This document shows, one piece after another, positions 63,661-64,000 of a stretch of 64,000 bases of DNA; the first letter of the stretch is position 1; each line of letters begins with the position of its first letter. Under the pieces are notes generated by a model, which saw only the letters and a list, made by a program, of their open reading frames with translations, was not told the DNA's origin and ran no database searches. The position numbers were made by a program, and so were the translations under genes. The stretch is from Balanoglossus misakiensis (Eukaryota; Animalia; Hemichordata), in the NCBI GenBank assembly GCA_040954595.2, contig CM082589.2:10118894-10182893 (forward strand), given 5' to 3'.

Positions 63661-64000
63661 GTATGTAACTGTGGATATTGATATCTTCTGTGGCTACATT
63701 GTTTGGGGATTGTATATTGCTACGGTTACAATCAGCTAAACACACATCCTGTCTGTCCATTGCACACATTTTAAAATTTGAAATCAACCGCACACTCGTA
63801 CTGAACACATGTTTGTTGAAATTGTATCTCAGAATTTTTCCAATTATAATTATGCATAATATAAACAAATTAACAAATGTGAAAACTTATCTTTGAAAAT
63901 TTGTTTGCAAGGGAGAAAAAGTAATCTGTATTTTAAAAATCAGACAAAGTTTTGCTGACAGGGTACACAAGTTTCAGGGGATTTTGTTAAAATGAGAATG

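Overview
This window is eukaryotic (metazoan, probably marine invertebrate) DNA spanning the edge of a large satellite array. Bases 1-52445 are an uninterrupted head-to-tail array of a ~130-133 bp monomer (about 400 copies, ~43% GC). The array has local higher-order repeats of 5 to 24 monomers, two variant-defined layers and a diverged outer edge. All ORFs in it are repeat artefacts. The array ends abruptly at a hairpin, followed by a G4 motif and a CTCF-like site. Bases 52446-64000 are AT-rich, intron-like DNA packed with MITEs (some nested), a tRNA-derived SINE fragment and a long inverted repeat. Two spliced coding remnants are largely missed by the ORF track. (i) A minus-strand, frameshifted BEN-domain-like gene lies inside a 2.4-kb element with 30-bp TIRs. 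(ii) On the plus strand, an isolated MED25 VWA-domain exon is followed by Q/S/P-rich exons and a calcium-binding EGF exon, and their splice phases allow one continuous open chimeric reading frame. Homology calls rest on my own recognition of motifs, not on database searches.
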